38,046 nt of DNA, taken from an uncultured archaeon. Lineage in GTDB: Archaea > Asgardarchaeota > Lokiarchaeia > Sigyniarchaeales > SOKP01. The notes beneath the pieces are model-generated. The model did not search any database. It was not told the origin of the DNA and worked only from the letters and a program-made list of their open reading frames with translations. Shown here piece by piece: positions 1-8,071 of this stretch. The DNA is taken from positions 1 to 38,046 of the forward strand of contig CAZOYD010000032.1 of the NCBI GenBank assembly GCA_964583985.1. The letters run 5' to 3'. The number at the start of each line of letters is the position of its first letter. Position 1 is the first letter of the stretch. Both the position numbers and the translations under genes were made by a program.

Positions 1-1
1 A

Positions 2-1000
2 TTATTCTATAATTGAATAAACTCGTTTTGGTCTTCCTATCTCTCCTTGAATTATTTGTTCTTTTATCAATTTTTCCTTAATTAAATAATCAAGAATTTC
101 CCTTAACATACTTCCTGTAAGTTTTGTTTGAATGCCCAATTCACGAGTTTTTATTTTAGGCTTATTTTTAATCAAATCTAAGATATTCTGAATGGGATTT
201 GGGTTTATTTCAACTGATTTAATTACGGTTTTAGCTTCAAGCATATTAATTACGCTTTCAGCCATATTTGGCATGTAAAAACCATTAAAGTGAAAATAAT
301 CATCGTCTAAAAATAAAACAGAATTAAAATAGTAATCAACTAAAATTATTCCTTCATTAACTATTAAATCATTAAATCTAACAAAACGGCAAGTTTTTTC
401 ACTAGTTTCAACTATTTCTGCTCCAATATTTTTTAGGAGATCGGTTATATATCCAAAATAGGTATCACCTGAATCGAAATCTAATTTTGAAAAATATATA
501 GTTACTTTTATTCCTTTCAAAAAGGCTCTATATAATGCTCGTTCTAGTTTTTTCAAAAGTAAAGGAGGTAATGATGACAAGATGATTTGTTTTTCTGCCT
601 TTTCAATAATTTCAAAAATATATTCTAATCCAATGGTAATATCAGAATGGTGATAAAAGGTGATATTTCTTACACAGATTCCTTGGTTACTTTCTTCAGC
701 AACGATATCTTCCTCTAAATTTTCAATTTTATTTAGGATCTTATCTGTTGTTTTTTTTAATTTCTCTGTTAAGGCAATTTTTGGGTTGATTCTAAAATAA
801 TTTTTTGGCTTTCCTTCTGAGGAAGTGATGAGCTTCTCTCTTTCTAAATATTTAAGATTATCTCTAACTTGAGCATAAGAATAGTTTAAGTCTCGCCTTA
901 TATTTTCTATAGACCCAAAACGGTTTTTTAGAAGATATTCATAGAGCTTAATTTGAATTTCAGAATAGCCAAATTCTTGAAGGAATCCCAGATTATACAT
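2..1000 (-). CDS. TrmB-family transcriptional regulator with a second, C-terminal winged-helix domain
   Basis: N-terminal TrmB-type wHTH (LQEFGYSEIQIKLYEYLL...YAQVRDNLKYLEREKLI...GKPKNYF), central effector-domain-like region (IIEKAEKQIILS...RAFLKGIKVTIY), C-terminal HTH ending in GRPKRVYSI. Confidence 0.8.
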   Translation of the reverse strand: MYNLGFLQEFGYSEIQIKLYEYLLKNRFGSIENIRRDLNYSYAQVRDNLKYLEREKLITSSEGKPKNYFRINPKIALTEKLKKTTDKILNKIENLEEDIVAEESNQGICVRNITFYHHSDITIGLEYIFEIIEKAEKQIILSSLPPLLLKKLERALYRAFLKGIKVTIYFSKLDFDSGDTYFGYITDLLKNIGAEIVETSEKTCRFVRFNDLIVNEGIILVDYYFNSVLFLDDDYFHFNGFYMPNMAESVINMLEAKTVIKSVEINPNPIQNILDLIKNKPKIKTRELGIQTKLTGSMLREILDYLIKEKLIKEQIIQGEIGRPKRVYSIIE

Positions 1001-1139
1001 TTTTATTTTACACTTTTTTACTTATTAAAATAGTTTGTGACGCATTATCTATGAAATTAATATAATCATCATTTTATTAAGCTCACAAATAATTATATAT
1101 TTCAAACCAATAAAAAATTATGGTAAGCGTGAAAAAGAA

Positions 1140-1271
1140 ATGGCTCAATGCAAAGATTGTAAGTTTTATAAACCAATAGATGATACAAAGGGAGATTGTT
1201 TTGGACATGAAGTTCCAGCAACATTAGATTCGGGAAATTGTCCTACAAATAGTTTTCAACCTAGAAATTAA
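1140..1271 (+). CDS. Unannotated 43-aa Cys-rich microprotein (CX2C-X12-C-X13-C), HiPIP/BssC-like candidate Fe-S or Zn protein
   Basis: Translated by hand from ATG 1140 to TAA 1269-1271: MAQCKDCKFYKPIDDTKGDCFGHEVPATLDSGNCPTNSFQPRN. It is too short for the ORF track and ends 15 nt before the next co-oriented gene. Confidence 0.75.
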   Translation: MAQCKDCKFYKPIDDTKGDCFGHEVPATLDSGNCPTNSFQPRN

Positions 1272-1286
1272 AAATTTTGATGACGT

Positions 1287-1910
1287 ATGCCAGCAAAAAT
1301 AGATTTTAAAAGTACTTTGAAGGAATTTTACCAACCAAGTTCCAAGGAGGTTATGATAGTGGATATCCCCGAAATGCAGTTCTTAATGATTGATGGAATG
1401 GGATCCCCTGGAGATTCAAAGGAGTATCAAGAAGCACTCGCTGCATTATATCCAATTGCTTTTAAAACCAAATTCTTGAGTAAAGAAAAAGGCAAGGATT
1501 ATGTGGTCCCTCCTCTTGAAGGTTTATGGTGGGCAGAAAACATGGATGACTTTACTGAAGGAAAGAGGGATAAATGGAAATGGACGATGATGATAATGCA
1601 ACCAGATTGGATCACTCAAGATATGATAGATAAAGCGATAAAAATAACACGAGAAAAAAAACCTGAACTATCTAAATTACTTTTAAACCTTCGATTAGAA
1701 AAATATAGAGAAGGAAAATCAGCACAAATAATGCATATCGGTCCATATTCAGAGGAGGGCTTTACAGTTCAAAAGGTACATGATTTCATCGTAAAAAAAA
1801 GCGGAAAATTTGATGGCCACTCTAATAAACATCACGAGATTTATCTCAGTGACCCGAGAAAAGCTGACCCTGCTACAATGAAAACGGTTATAAGACAACC
1901 CTTTGTATAA
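1287..1910 (+). CDS. GyrI-like small-molecule-binding domain protein
   Basis: Motifs FLMIDGMGSP, DYVVPPLEGLWW, AQIMHIGPYSEE and HHEIYLSDPRK are typical of stand-alone GyrI-like proteins. Confidence 0.85.
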   Translation: MPAKIDFKSTLKEFYQPSSKEVMIVDIPEMQFLMIDGMGSPGDSKEYQEALAALYPIAFKTKFLSKEKGKDYVVPPLEGLWWAENMDDFTEGKRDKWKWTMMIMQPDWITQDMIDKAIKITREKKPELSKLLLNLRLEKYREGKSAQIMHIGPYSEEGFTVQKVHDFIVKKSGKFDGHSNKHHEIYLSDPRKADPATMKTVIRQPFV

Positions 1911-1947
1911 TTTTTTTAAATTATCATTTACTTTTTTTATATTTTTT
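1911..1947. terminator. Oligo-T tracts between convergent genes (probable archaeal terminator)
   Basis: T8, T8 and T6 runs directly after the stop of the GyrI-like gene. Confidence 0.45.
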
Positions 1948-2024
1948 AAAAATTTGAAGCAGATATACTAATAAGCAAACATTTAAATTAGCAGTTATCG
2001 AAATTTTCAAACATATAGAACTAA

Positions 2025-2615
2025 TTATATTTTTCTACAGACTAGTTCACCTTTCCCAATGGGGACAATTAAAGCATCTACTCGATCATCCGATAGGGCT
2101 TTTTCAAGCATGGGTTTTAAAGTTTCATAATGATTAATTGCGTTATCGGCAACTAGAATACCACCTTTGATCATGTTAGGGATAAGTAAGTCATAACAAT
2201 CATCATATACTTCTTTTTCTGCATCTAAAAAACAAAATGAGATATTTTTGTAATTAGGAATATGTTTTCGAGCATCTTCTTCAATTAATTCAATTATATC
2301 AGTTGTATTAGTCTGGATAAATGTTTCAACTGCTATTTTTACTTTTTCTTTTAATATTTCAAATGTAGTTAATTTCCTACCAAGAAGTCGACATGCCAAT
2401 GATATCCATAATGCAGAATATCCTGCACTCGTACCAATTTCCAAATATTCTCCTTTAGGAGCACTTGCTGCTAATAATGACACGAATCTCCCAGTAACAG
2501 GAGGAATTTGGCGCAATCTTTCCATTCGGGGAGTATCATCAAGACGATCTTTTTGATCTAATTCTTCCAAATATTGCATTCGCTTTTTTATAAATTCAGG
2601 TATATCGTGGAACAT
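2025..2615 (-). CDS. SAM-dependent O-methyltransferase (COMT/CCoAOMT-like)
   Basis: [13 protein letters not shown] (motif I), FLDAEK and GGILVADN. Confidence 0.9.
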   Translation of the reverse strand: MFHDIPEFIKKRMQYLEELDQKDRLDDTPRMERLRQIPPVTGRFVSLLAASAPKGEYLEIGTSAGYSALWISLACRLLGRKLTTFEILKEKVKIAVETFIQTNTTDIIELIEEDARKHIPNYKNISFCFLDAEKEVYDDCYDLLIPNMIKGGILVADNAINHYETLKPMLEKALSDDRVDALIVPIGKGELVCRKI

Positions 2616-2712
2616 TGCGATTATATATTGTATTTTTTAGTATATTTTACATATATGGTTATTCGTATTTTTATTAAACTGATACTTTTAAAAAAGGAAA
2701 TAAAATATTGGG

Positions 2713-5118
2713 TTATTTCTCTAAGAAAAGAACTAAATCTTTTTGAAGAGATTTTCTATTTACTTTAGATTTCAATAATTCCTCAAGTTCAGGAAATTCA
2801 AAGGGGAACAAGTTTTCAAACGATCGCCTGAGAAGCTCTACATATTTTTTCTTATCATAGTGATGACGTTTCTCGTCATATAAATCAGAAAGAATGATTT
2901 TTTGTTCGGGAAAACGTGGATCTGCATCTGCATTCAAAATAATATAAAAAACATTCTTTCCTGGGGTTGCCATTATTCCTGATCGTTCCAATTGCCTGGC
3001 TGCAACTGCTTGGTAAGAGTTCACTTTGTACTGGCTTGGTTTTCGTGAGATTCGTTGTTTGATTGTTAGTTCTTCCTTTGATATGTTTCCTGTTTCGATC
3101 TTATTGACATAATGGAGTAGTAATTTTTTTGCTTCTGGTATTCGATTTTTGAACTCTTCAACCGTTTTAGCACCTTTAAAAATATTAATAAAAGCATATT
3201 GGGCATTTTTGATGATCGTAGGAATGTCTCGCCTCCTGACTTCAATCCCTCGGACTTTAATTTCTCCATCGCTCTTTATACCCCAATAATGGCTTAATGC
3301 GGGAACATCTGGTTCTGCTCTCGAGGGAAGAAATAGTATCGTATCAAATCTACCATCCCAACTCATGTGAATGCTGGTTTGTGCTGTGATATCTTCTGCT
3401 ATCTTTTTAGTCACTTCTTCGAATTCTTCGGAAGATCTACCCTTAGTATCTTGAAGCCACATTGAATCCACGATTCCATGAATGATCTTACATCCATTTT
3501 CTTGGGCAATTTCAGCAGCATGCATGAGAAAATCTCGAGAAAAGGCACAAACAGTTTGATGAGCTTCAATCTTGCCAAATCGAGCATTTTTAAATCCTAA
3601 GTAGCCAAAACTTACTACAAGAACCCACTTTAATGCTGTATCGACAAAATGATATCGAATACTATTGGTTTTTCTAACGTGTTCCTTACATTTCAATCTT
3701 TTTGTTAATGGCAAGCTGATTGCTTTGGAAATAATTCCTTGTCGCTTAGAGCAAATGTGAAAATCGAGACCTGGGACTTTAATTCCTGTACCATCATCCT
3801 TGCAACACGTGCAATTGACAGTTTCGGAAGAAACGTTAAAATTTGCCATGATAGAAGGATACATGGAGGAAAAATCTAATTCAACCACTTGATCGAAGAC
3901 ACCAATTAATGGTTCGAAGATATGTCCTCCACGATCACCTCTAATTAAATCCATTCCTGATCGAAACTCTTCAGGACTTTTTTTGAATGGAGGAATCAAA
4001 TGGTCAAGCTTGTATGCATAATAAAATTGAATTGATTGTAAAGCGCCACCAATAGTTATCCTGCTCAATCTTTGTAACGGGACTCTCGAAATTCGAGCAA
4101 CTTCAATGACTCCAGGAATATTGCCTTCAGTGAAGTGAAGACTTGCATATGAAGTGGTATCAAGATGAAATCTACCAGTGAAATAGACTTGATTTTTTGA
4201 ACGTCGCCGTATGATTCCATAAGACATGTAATGATCTGAACCTCCGGAAAGGTTGAAAATACAATCCTTTAAAGGTGTTTTATTTCGAGAGAAATATACT
4301 TGTTTTGAAACTCCATTTGCCGAAGCTCGCTCAGCTAAATAAGGAAACATGAAATCATCTCCTTTTTGGGTAAGGATGATGTCTGGATCAATTTGTTCAA
4401 CCATCTTACTGATTGCAATCAACGTTTCGGCCTCATCCGCATGATCAATTCGAATGGTTTGCTGTTTATATCCATCAGCTCGAGGGACGTTATCTTCGTC
4501 GTTTTCTACAATGCTAATTTCTGCATAAGCAAGAGGATCATTATAATATGATCTCATACCTCGCTGTTGTACCTTTACATCCAGCCATATTGCTTTAAGA
4601 GGAGGCAATTCGTAAAAGAGTTTTTCATTATCATCATTAAGTACAAAAGAGACGAGATGTATTCTTTGTTTTGCTTTTTCTTTTTTAATCTTTACTTTAA
4701 ATTGGCAACGAGATATTGGAAATAAATCATTCACGTAGTAATACATCTGGGATATGGGAAGATCAGTGTTGTACAATGTAAATATATCTAATTTATTAAT
4801 TTCTTCAATTGTTGCTTTAAATACCGACGGTTTTGCAACAGATACCCCCAAAACATTTGTTTTCACATAATCCTCAAGTTTTACATATTTTTCGCAAGAC
4901 CTTACCTTTTTTACGTTCGTATTTTGCATTAAAATGCCTTTTAATTGATCTAAAGTATAACCAGAACTTTTTTTGGGAACTGCAAAAAATTCAGGATGAA
5001 ATTCAGAATAAATCTTGACTATTTTTTCATCGTTTATCGTTTTAACCCAAAAAATAACGCCATTTGCATGCGTCGAAACATCCAGCAACCAGCCATCAAA
5101 ATTCTCTATCTCTTCCAC
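2713..5118 (-). CDS. polB2: Family B DNA polymerase, archaeal PolB2 (Dpo2) group
   Basis: Motif A LDFSSMYPSIM; motif B KWVLVVSFGYLG; motif C HGIVDSMWL in place of YGDTDS; degenerate exonuclease motifs (LDVKV, KGDDFMFPYL); Cys cluster ETVNCTCC...HIC; KVRGIEVRRRD; GTG start. Confidence 0.92.
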   Translation of the reverse strand: MEEIENFDGWLLDVSTHANGVIFWVKTINDEKIVKIYSEFHPEFFAVPKKSSGYTLDQLKGILMQNTNVKKVRSCEKYVKLEDYVKTNVLGVSVAKPSVFKATIEEINKLDIFTLYNTDLPISQMYYYVNDLFPISRCQFKVKIKKEKAKQRIHLVSFVLNDDNEKLFYELPPLKAIWLDVKVQQRGMRSYYNDPLAYAEISIVENDEDNVPRADGYKQQTIRIDHADEAETLIAISKMVEQIDPDIILTQKGDDFMFPYLAERASANGVSKQVYFSRNKTPLKDCIFNLSGGSDHYMSYGIIRRRSKNQVYFTGRFHLDTTSYASLHFTEGNIPGVIEVARISRVPLQRLSRITIGGALQSIQFYYAYKLDHLIPPFKKSPEEFRSGMDLIRGDRGGHIFEPLIGVFDQVVELDFSSMYPSIMANFNVSSETVNCTCCKDDGTGIKVPGLDFHICSKRQGIISKAISLPLTKRLKCKEHVRKTNSIRYHFVDTALKWVLVVSFGYLGFKNARFGKIEAHQTVCAFSRDFLMHAAEIAQENGCKIIHGIVDSMWLQDTKGRSSEEFEEVTKKIAEDITAQTSIHMSWDGRFDTILFLPSRAEPDVPALSHYWGIKSDGEIKVRGIEVRRRDIPTIIKNAQYAFINIFKGAKTVEEFKNRIPEAKKLLLHYVNKIETGNISKEELTIKQRISRKPSQYKVNSYQAVAARQLERSGIMATPGKNVFYIILNADADPRFPEQKIILSDLYDEKRHHYDKKKYVELLRRSFENLFPFEFPELEELLKSKVNRKSLQKDLVLFLEK

Positions 5119-5121
5119 TTT

Positions 5122-5397
5122 TCAGTCTTTCCCATTTAATCTTTTCTCGAGTTCTTCAATTCTTTTTTCCAATTTTTCGGTTTTTTTTTCTTGTTCGACT
5201 GCAAACGAGATAAACAATACTTCAGAAAGCATGACACGTGATCCCATGCTACCCGCATCAGAATGAATACGAGCATAATTCATTAGCCTATCAAAGATCT
5301 TCTGCTCATCAGGACGAAGTGCTCTCTTGAAATCTTTCCAGCTTTCTATTTCATGTTCCAGTGCAGGACGAAAACTTGGAACGGTTCTACCACACAT
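5122..5397 (-). CDS. Small helical PolB2-associated protein (arCOG07300-like)
   Basis: GRTVPSFR...WKDFKRALRPDEQKIFDRLM...A signature of the small gene that typically precedes polB2; ends 3 nt before the polB2 start; C-terminal coiled coil. Confidence 0.8.
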   Translation of the reverse strand: MCGRTVPSFRPALEHEIESWKDFKRALRPDEQKIFDRLMNYARIHSDAGSMGSRVMLSEVLFISFAVEQEKKTEKLEKRIEELEKRLNGKD

Positions 5398-5558
5398 GAT
5401 ACAAATTCATCTCTTCAATTCAAATATATAACCCAGAAGGATAGTCTCTCAATCAATTAAAAAGAACACGCATTGAAAATTTTCTAATTTTTATCATTAA
5501 CCTACAAATAAAAGAGATATATAGATCTTCGATCTTAATAAAGTTATATTCAAGATAA

Positions 5559-6533
5559 ATGAGAAAAATGGAATATAAGATAATTGATTCTCTTAGTTAT
5601 TTACCAACTGAAGAAGTATATATCGATCAATTAGTTTCTTTACCGCCTCAAATGTCTCGATATTTAAAAGATATTTTTGGTCCTAGAGTTGCTCCATTGT
5701 TAGGTATGACAGCAGAAGAACTCTATAATATGAAAGCGACATTAAGTACAGCAGAATTAAAAGAAGCTATTAAACCATTTCTGCCTAAAATAAGGAAACT
5801 AACAACTTCAGTTGAAGATTTTGTTCAGAAGCTTGATAATATGGGAGTTGAGAAAGCAGTTATTTTTAATCTTGATGAAGAAACTCCAAGTGGTATTTCA
5901 GGTCTTCCAAATGATTATTATGCTGATATAGTACACAAATACCCCGATAAATTTATAGGAATTGCTGGAATTGATCCCTTAAAGGGAATGGAGGCTGTAA
6001 GAGAAATTAGAAGGTCTTATGAATTAGGGATGCGGGGAGTTGCTGTACGACCATTCATGTTTAAAATTCCCCCAACTCACGCAAAGATGTATCCGATTTA
6101 TTCAACATGTGTTGAACTTGATATCCCAATTTGGTTTCACCTTTCAGTTAATTATTCAACAAATTCAATGGAATATGAAAGACCAGTTTATCTAGATTTA
6201 GTTGCTCAAGATTTTCCTGAATTAAAAATGATTGCAGGGCACGGTGGTTGGCCTTGGGTTAATGAAATGGTTGCAGTTGCATTACGTAATCCCAACATTT
6301 ACATGGATATTGCATCTCATCTTCCTAAATATTTGGGAATGAAAGGAACGGGTTGGGAACCACTCATTCATTTTGGAAACTCTATATTGCAGGATAAAGT
6401 TTTATTCGGTTCTACGTGGTTATTTATGGGATTGTCTATTGCTCAATTGGCTGATGGTATAATGAGATTGCCGTTAAAGGAAGAAGTAAAAAGAAAATGG
6501 CTTCATGATAATGCTGCGAAACTTTTTGTATAA
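5559..6533 (+). CDS. Amidohydrolase-superfamily protein (Amidohydro_2)
   Basis: PNDYYADIV..YPDKFIGIAGIDP, MYPIYSTCVELDIPIWFH, FPELKMIAGHGGWPW and DKVLFGS. The N-terminal HxH and the final Asp appear substituted (IIDSLSY; FGSTW). Confidence 0.85.
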   Translation: MRKMEYKIIDSLSYLPTEEVYIDQLVSLPPQMSRYLKDIFGPRVAPLLGMTAEELYNMKATLSTAELKEAIKPFLPKIRKLTTSVEDFVQKLDNMGVEKAVIFNLDEETPSGISGLPNDYYADIVHKYPDKFIGIAGIDPLKGMEAVREIRRSYELGMRGVAVRPFMFKIPPTHAKMYPIYSTCVELDIPIWFHLSVNYSTNSMEYERPVYLDLVAQDFPELKMIAGHGGWPWVNEMVAVALRNPNIYMDIASHLPKYLGMKGTGWEPLIHFGNSILQDKVLFGSTWLFMGLSIAQLADGIMRLPLKEEVKRKWLHDNAAKLFV

Positions 6534-6588
6534 TAATTAAATTAAAATTAACACTAAATTTACTAATTAGCATTAAATATATCAAAAA

Positions 6589-7029
6589 ATGAGTAATAGG
6601 TATTGCTTTATGAGCATGTACTTAAATGACCACGCTCCTTGTGGAATTTATTGTAAAAGATGTCCTGGAGTAAAAGCTTTTAATTGTCCTGGATGCCGGC
6701 AAAAAAAAGGTCAGATTTCAAAATTTCCTGTTTGTAAAACTTATGAATGCATATCTCGAAAGGGTTATAATTTTTGCCATGAATGTGATGAATTTCCATG
6801 TGAAATGCTTCAACCAATCGTTAATTTTGAGATATTTACTCCTCATAATTCAAAAGTGTATAATTCTCTGATGATCAAGAAATTGGGACTTGCTAAATGG
6901 AACCAGATCTGCGAAGAAAAATCAGACCTGTATTATAAAGGAAAGAAGATACAATACGGTGGAGATCCTCTTACTTTACAAGAAAAGAATCCGGATTTCT
7001 ATAAAAAGAAAGATATTAAAGAAGAGTAA
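6589..7029 (+). CDS. DUF3795-like Cys-rich protein
   Basis: APCGIYCKRCP...CPGCR...CKTYEC...KGYNFCHECDEFPC pattern. The true start may be a later Met. Confidence 0.8.
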   Translation: MSNRYCFMSMYLNDHAPCGIYCKRCPGVKAFNCPGCRQKKGQISKFPVCKTYECISRKGYNFCHECDEFPCEMLQPIVNFEIFTPHNSKVYNSLMIKKLGLAKWNQICEEKSDLYYKGKKIQYGGDPLTLQEKNPDFYKKKDIKEE

Positions 7030-7032
7030 AAT

Positions 7033-7785
7033 TTAGAACCAGCAATCCAAGGTCATATTTTTCATGCTGTTCCTTTTCTTGGGTTCTCGAGGTTTCCATT
7101 TCAATAAGCGTTTTTCACCCAAATAAGGATGTTGTACGAGAGTGTATTCAACAAAGTGCTCATCATCAATTATCGAAACTAAGACGTTTCCAAAATGAGA
7201 GAGAATTTTACCCCCTTTGGGTCTAAACGAGCTGAATTCATTAAGAGGCGCAGTGATGACGATTAATGGTTTAGTATTTGAAAGAATGCTTTTAATGCCA
7301 TTTATTGCCCTTAATAACTCCTCATAATTTTTCTTTTCATAACTAGGAAAGAGTGTAGTAATGCCAGATACGATGACAACTTTCACGTGCTCAAGTTTAG
7401 AAAGTTTATTTTCTAATATTTCAATGGTCTGATCCCAAGTAAAAGCTCGAGCGATCAGAATGTTTTCTAACACGATTCTTGGTGATAAGTTTTGGGAAAC
7501 TGCAAATTTGCTCACGTCATATGGATTAAAGCGATTATTCGCATCAATAAATGCAACCTTTACTCCTTCTCCTAAACCTCCATGTTCTCGAGATTTTTGC
7601 GAGATTACGGCAGTTGTTAATAGGATATTAGTAGTCTTTTTTTTATCGCCGTATAACAGATATACTAAATCTTTGTGAAACCCTTTTCCCCCTAATAATT
7701 CATCTAAAATTGGATCTCCACTAGAAATCAATGGAAGCACCTCGTTTTTTTTGTGTATTTTAAACCCTGAATCGAACGGCATCAT
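7033..7785 (-). CDS. RadA/RecA-fold protein with degenerate ATPase motifs (PolB2-associated type)
   Basis: ISSGDPILDELLGG, FIDANNRFNPYDV, VLENILIARAFTWDQ and GGKILSH match RadA. Walker A is reduced to YGDKKKTT, Walker B lacks Asp (VVIVSGI), and there is no N-terminal HhH domain. Confidence 0.85.
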   Translation of the reverse strand: MMPFDSGFKIHKKNEVLPLISSGDPILDELLGGKGFHKDLVYLLYGDKKKTTNILLTTAVISQKSREHGGLGEGVKVAFIDANNRFNPYDVSKFAVSQNLSPRIVLENILIARAFTWDQTIEILENKLSKLEHVKVVIVSGITTLFPSYEKKNYEELLRAINGIKSILSNTKPLIVITAPLNEFSSFRPKGGKILSHFGNVLVSIIDDEHFVEYTLVQHPYLGEKRLLKWKPREPKKRNSMKNMTLDCWF

Positions 7786-8071
7786 ATGATCGAACTTTTT
7801 TACAAAATAAAAGTTGGTTACTCCGACAATTTTCTGAACTTTGTGTTTATAAATGAAATATATCTGGAGATCATTTAATTTGATTTAAGCATTGTTCTTT
7901 TAAAAGAAAGAAGATTGCTTGGAGTCAGAGGGAGGAGAATGGAAGTAAAAGTGTTTTCAGTAATCATACCATTCATTAGAATGCCGACAATAATAGAATT
8001 TAGTTATTCTGAATGCATTTGATCAGCACCAAATTTTTCATTGAATATTAGATTTAAATAGGACACATAAT

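Noticed and set aside
2713-5118. PolB as a sign of a casposon, provirus or other self-synthesizing element
   Set aside because: The motifs are PolB2-type rather than protein-primed. No Cas1, integrase, capsid gene or terminal repeats are visible, and the neighbours are chromosomal genes.
2713-5118. polB as a pseudogene or dead enzyme
   Set aside because: The ORF is intact; the HGIVDS substitution is characteristic of the PolB2 family, members of which are active.
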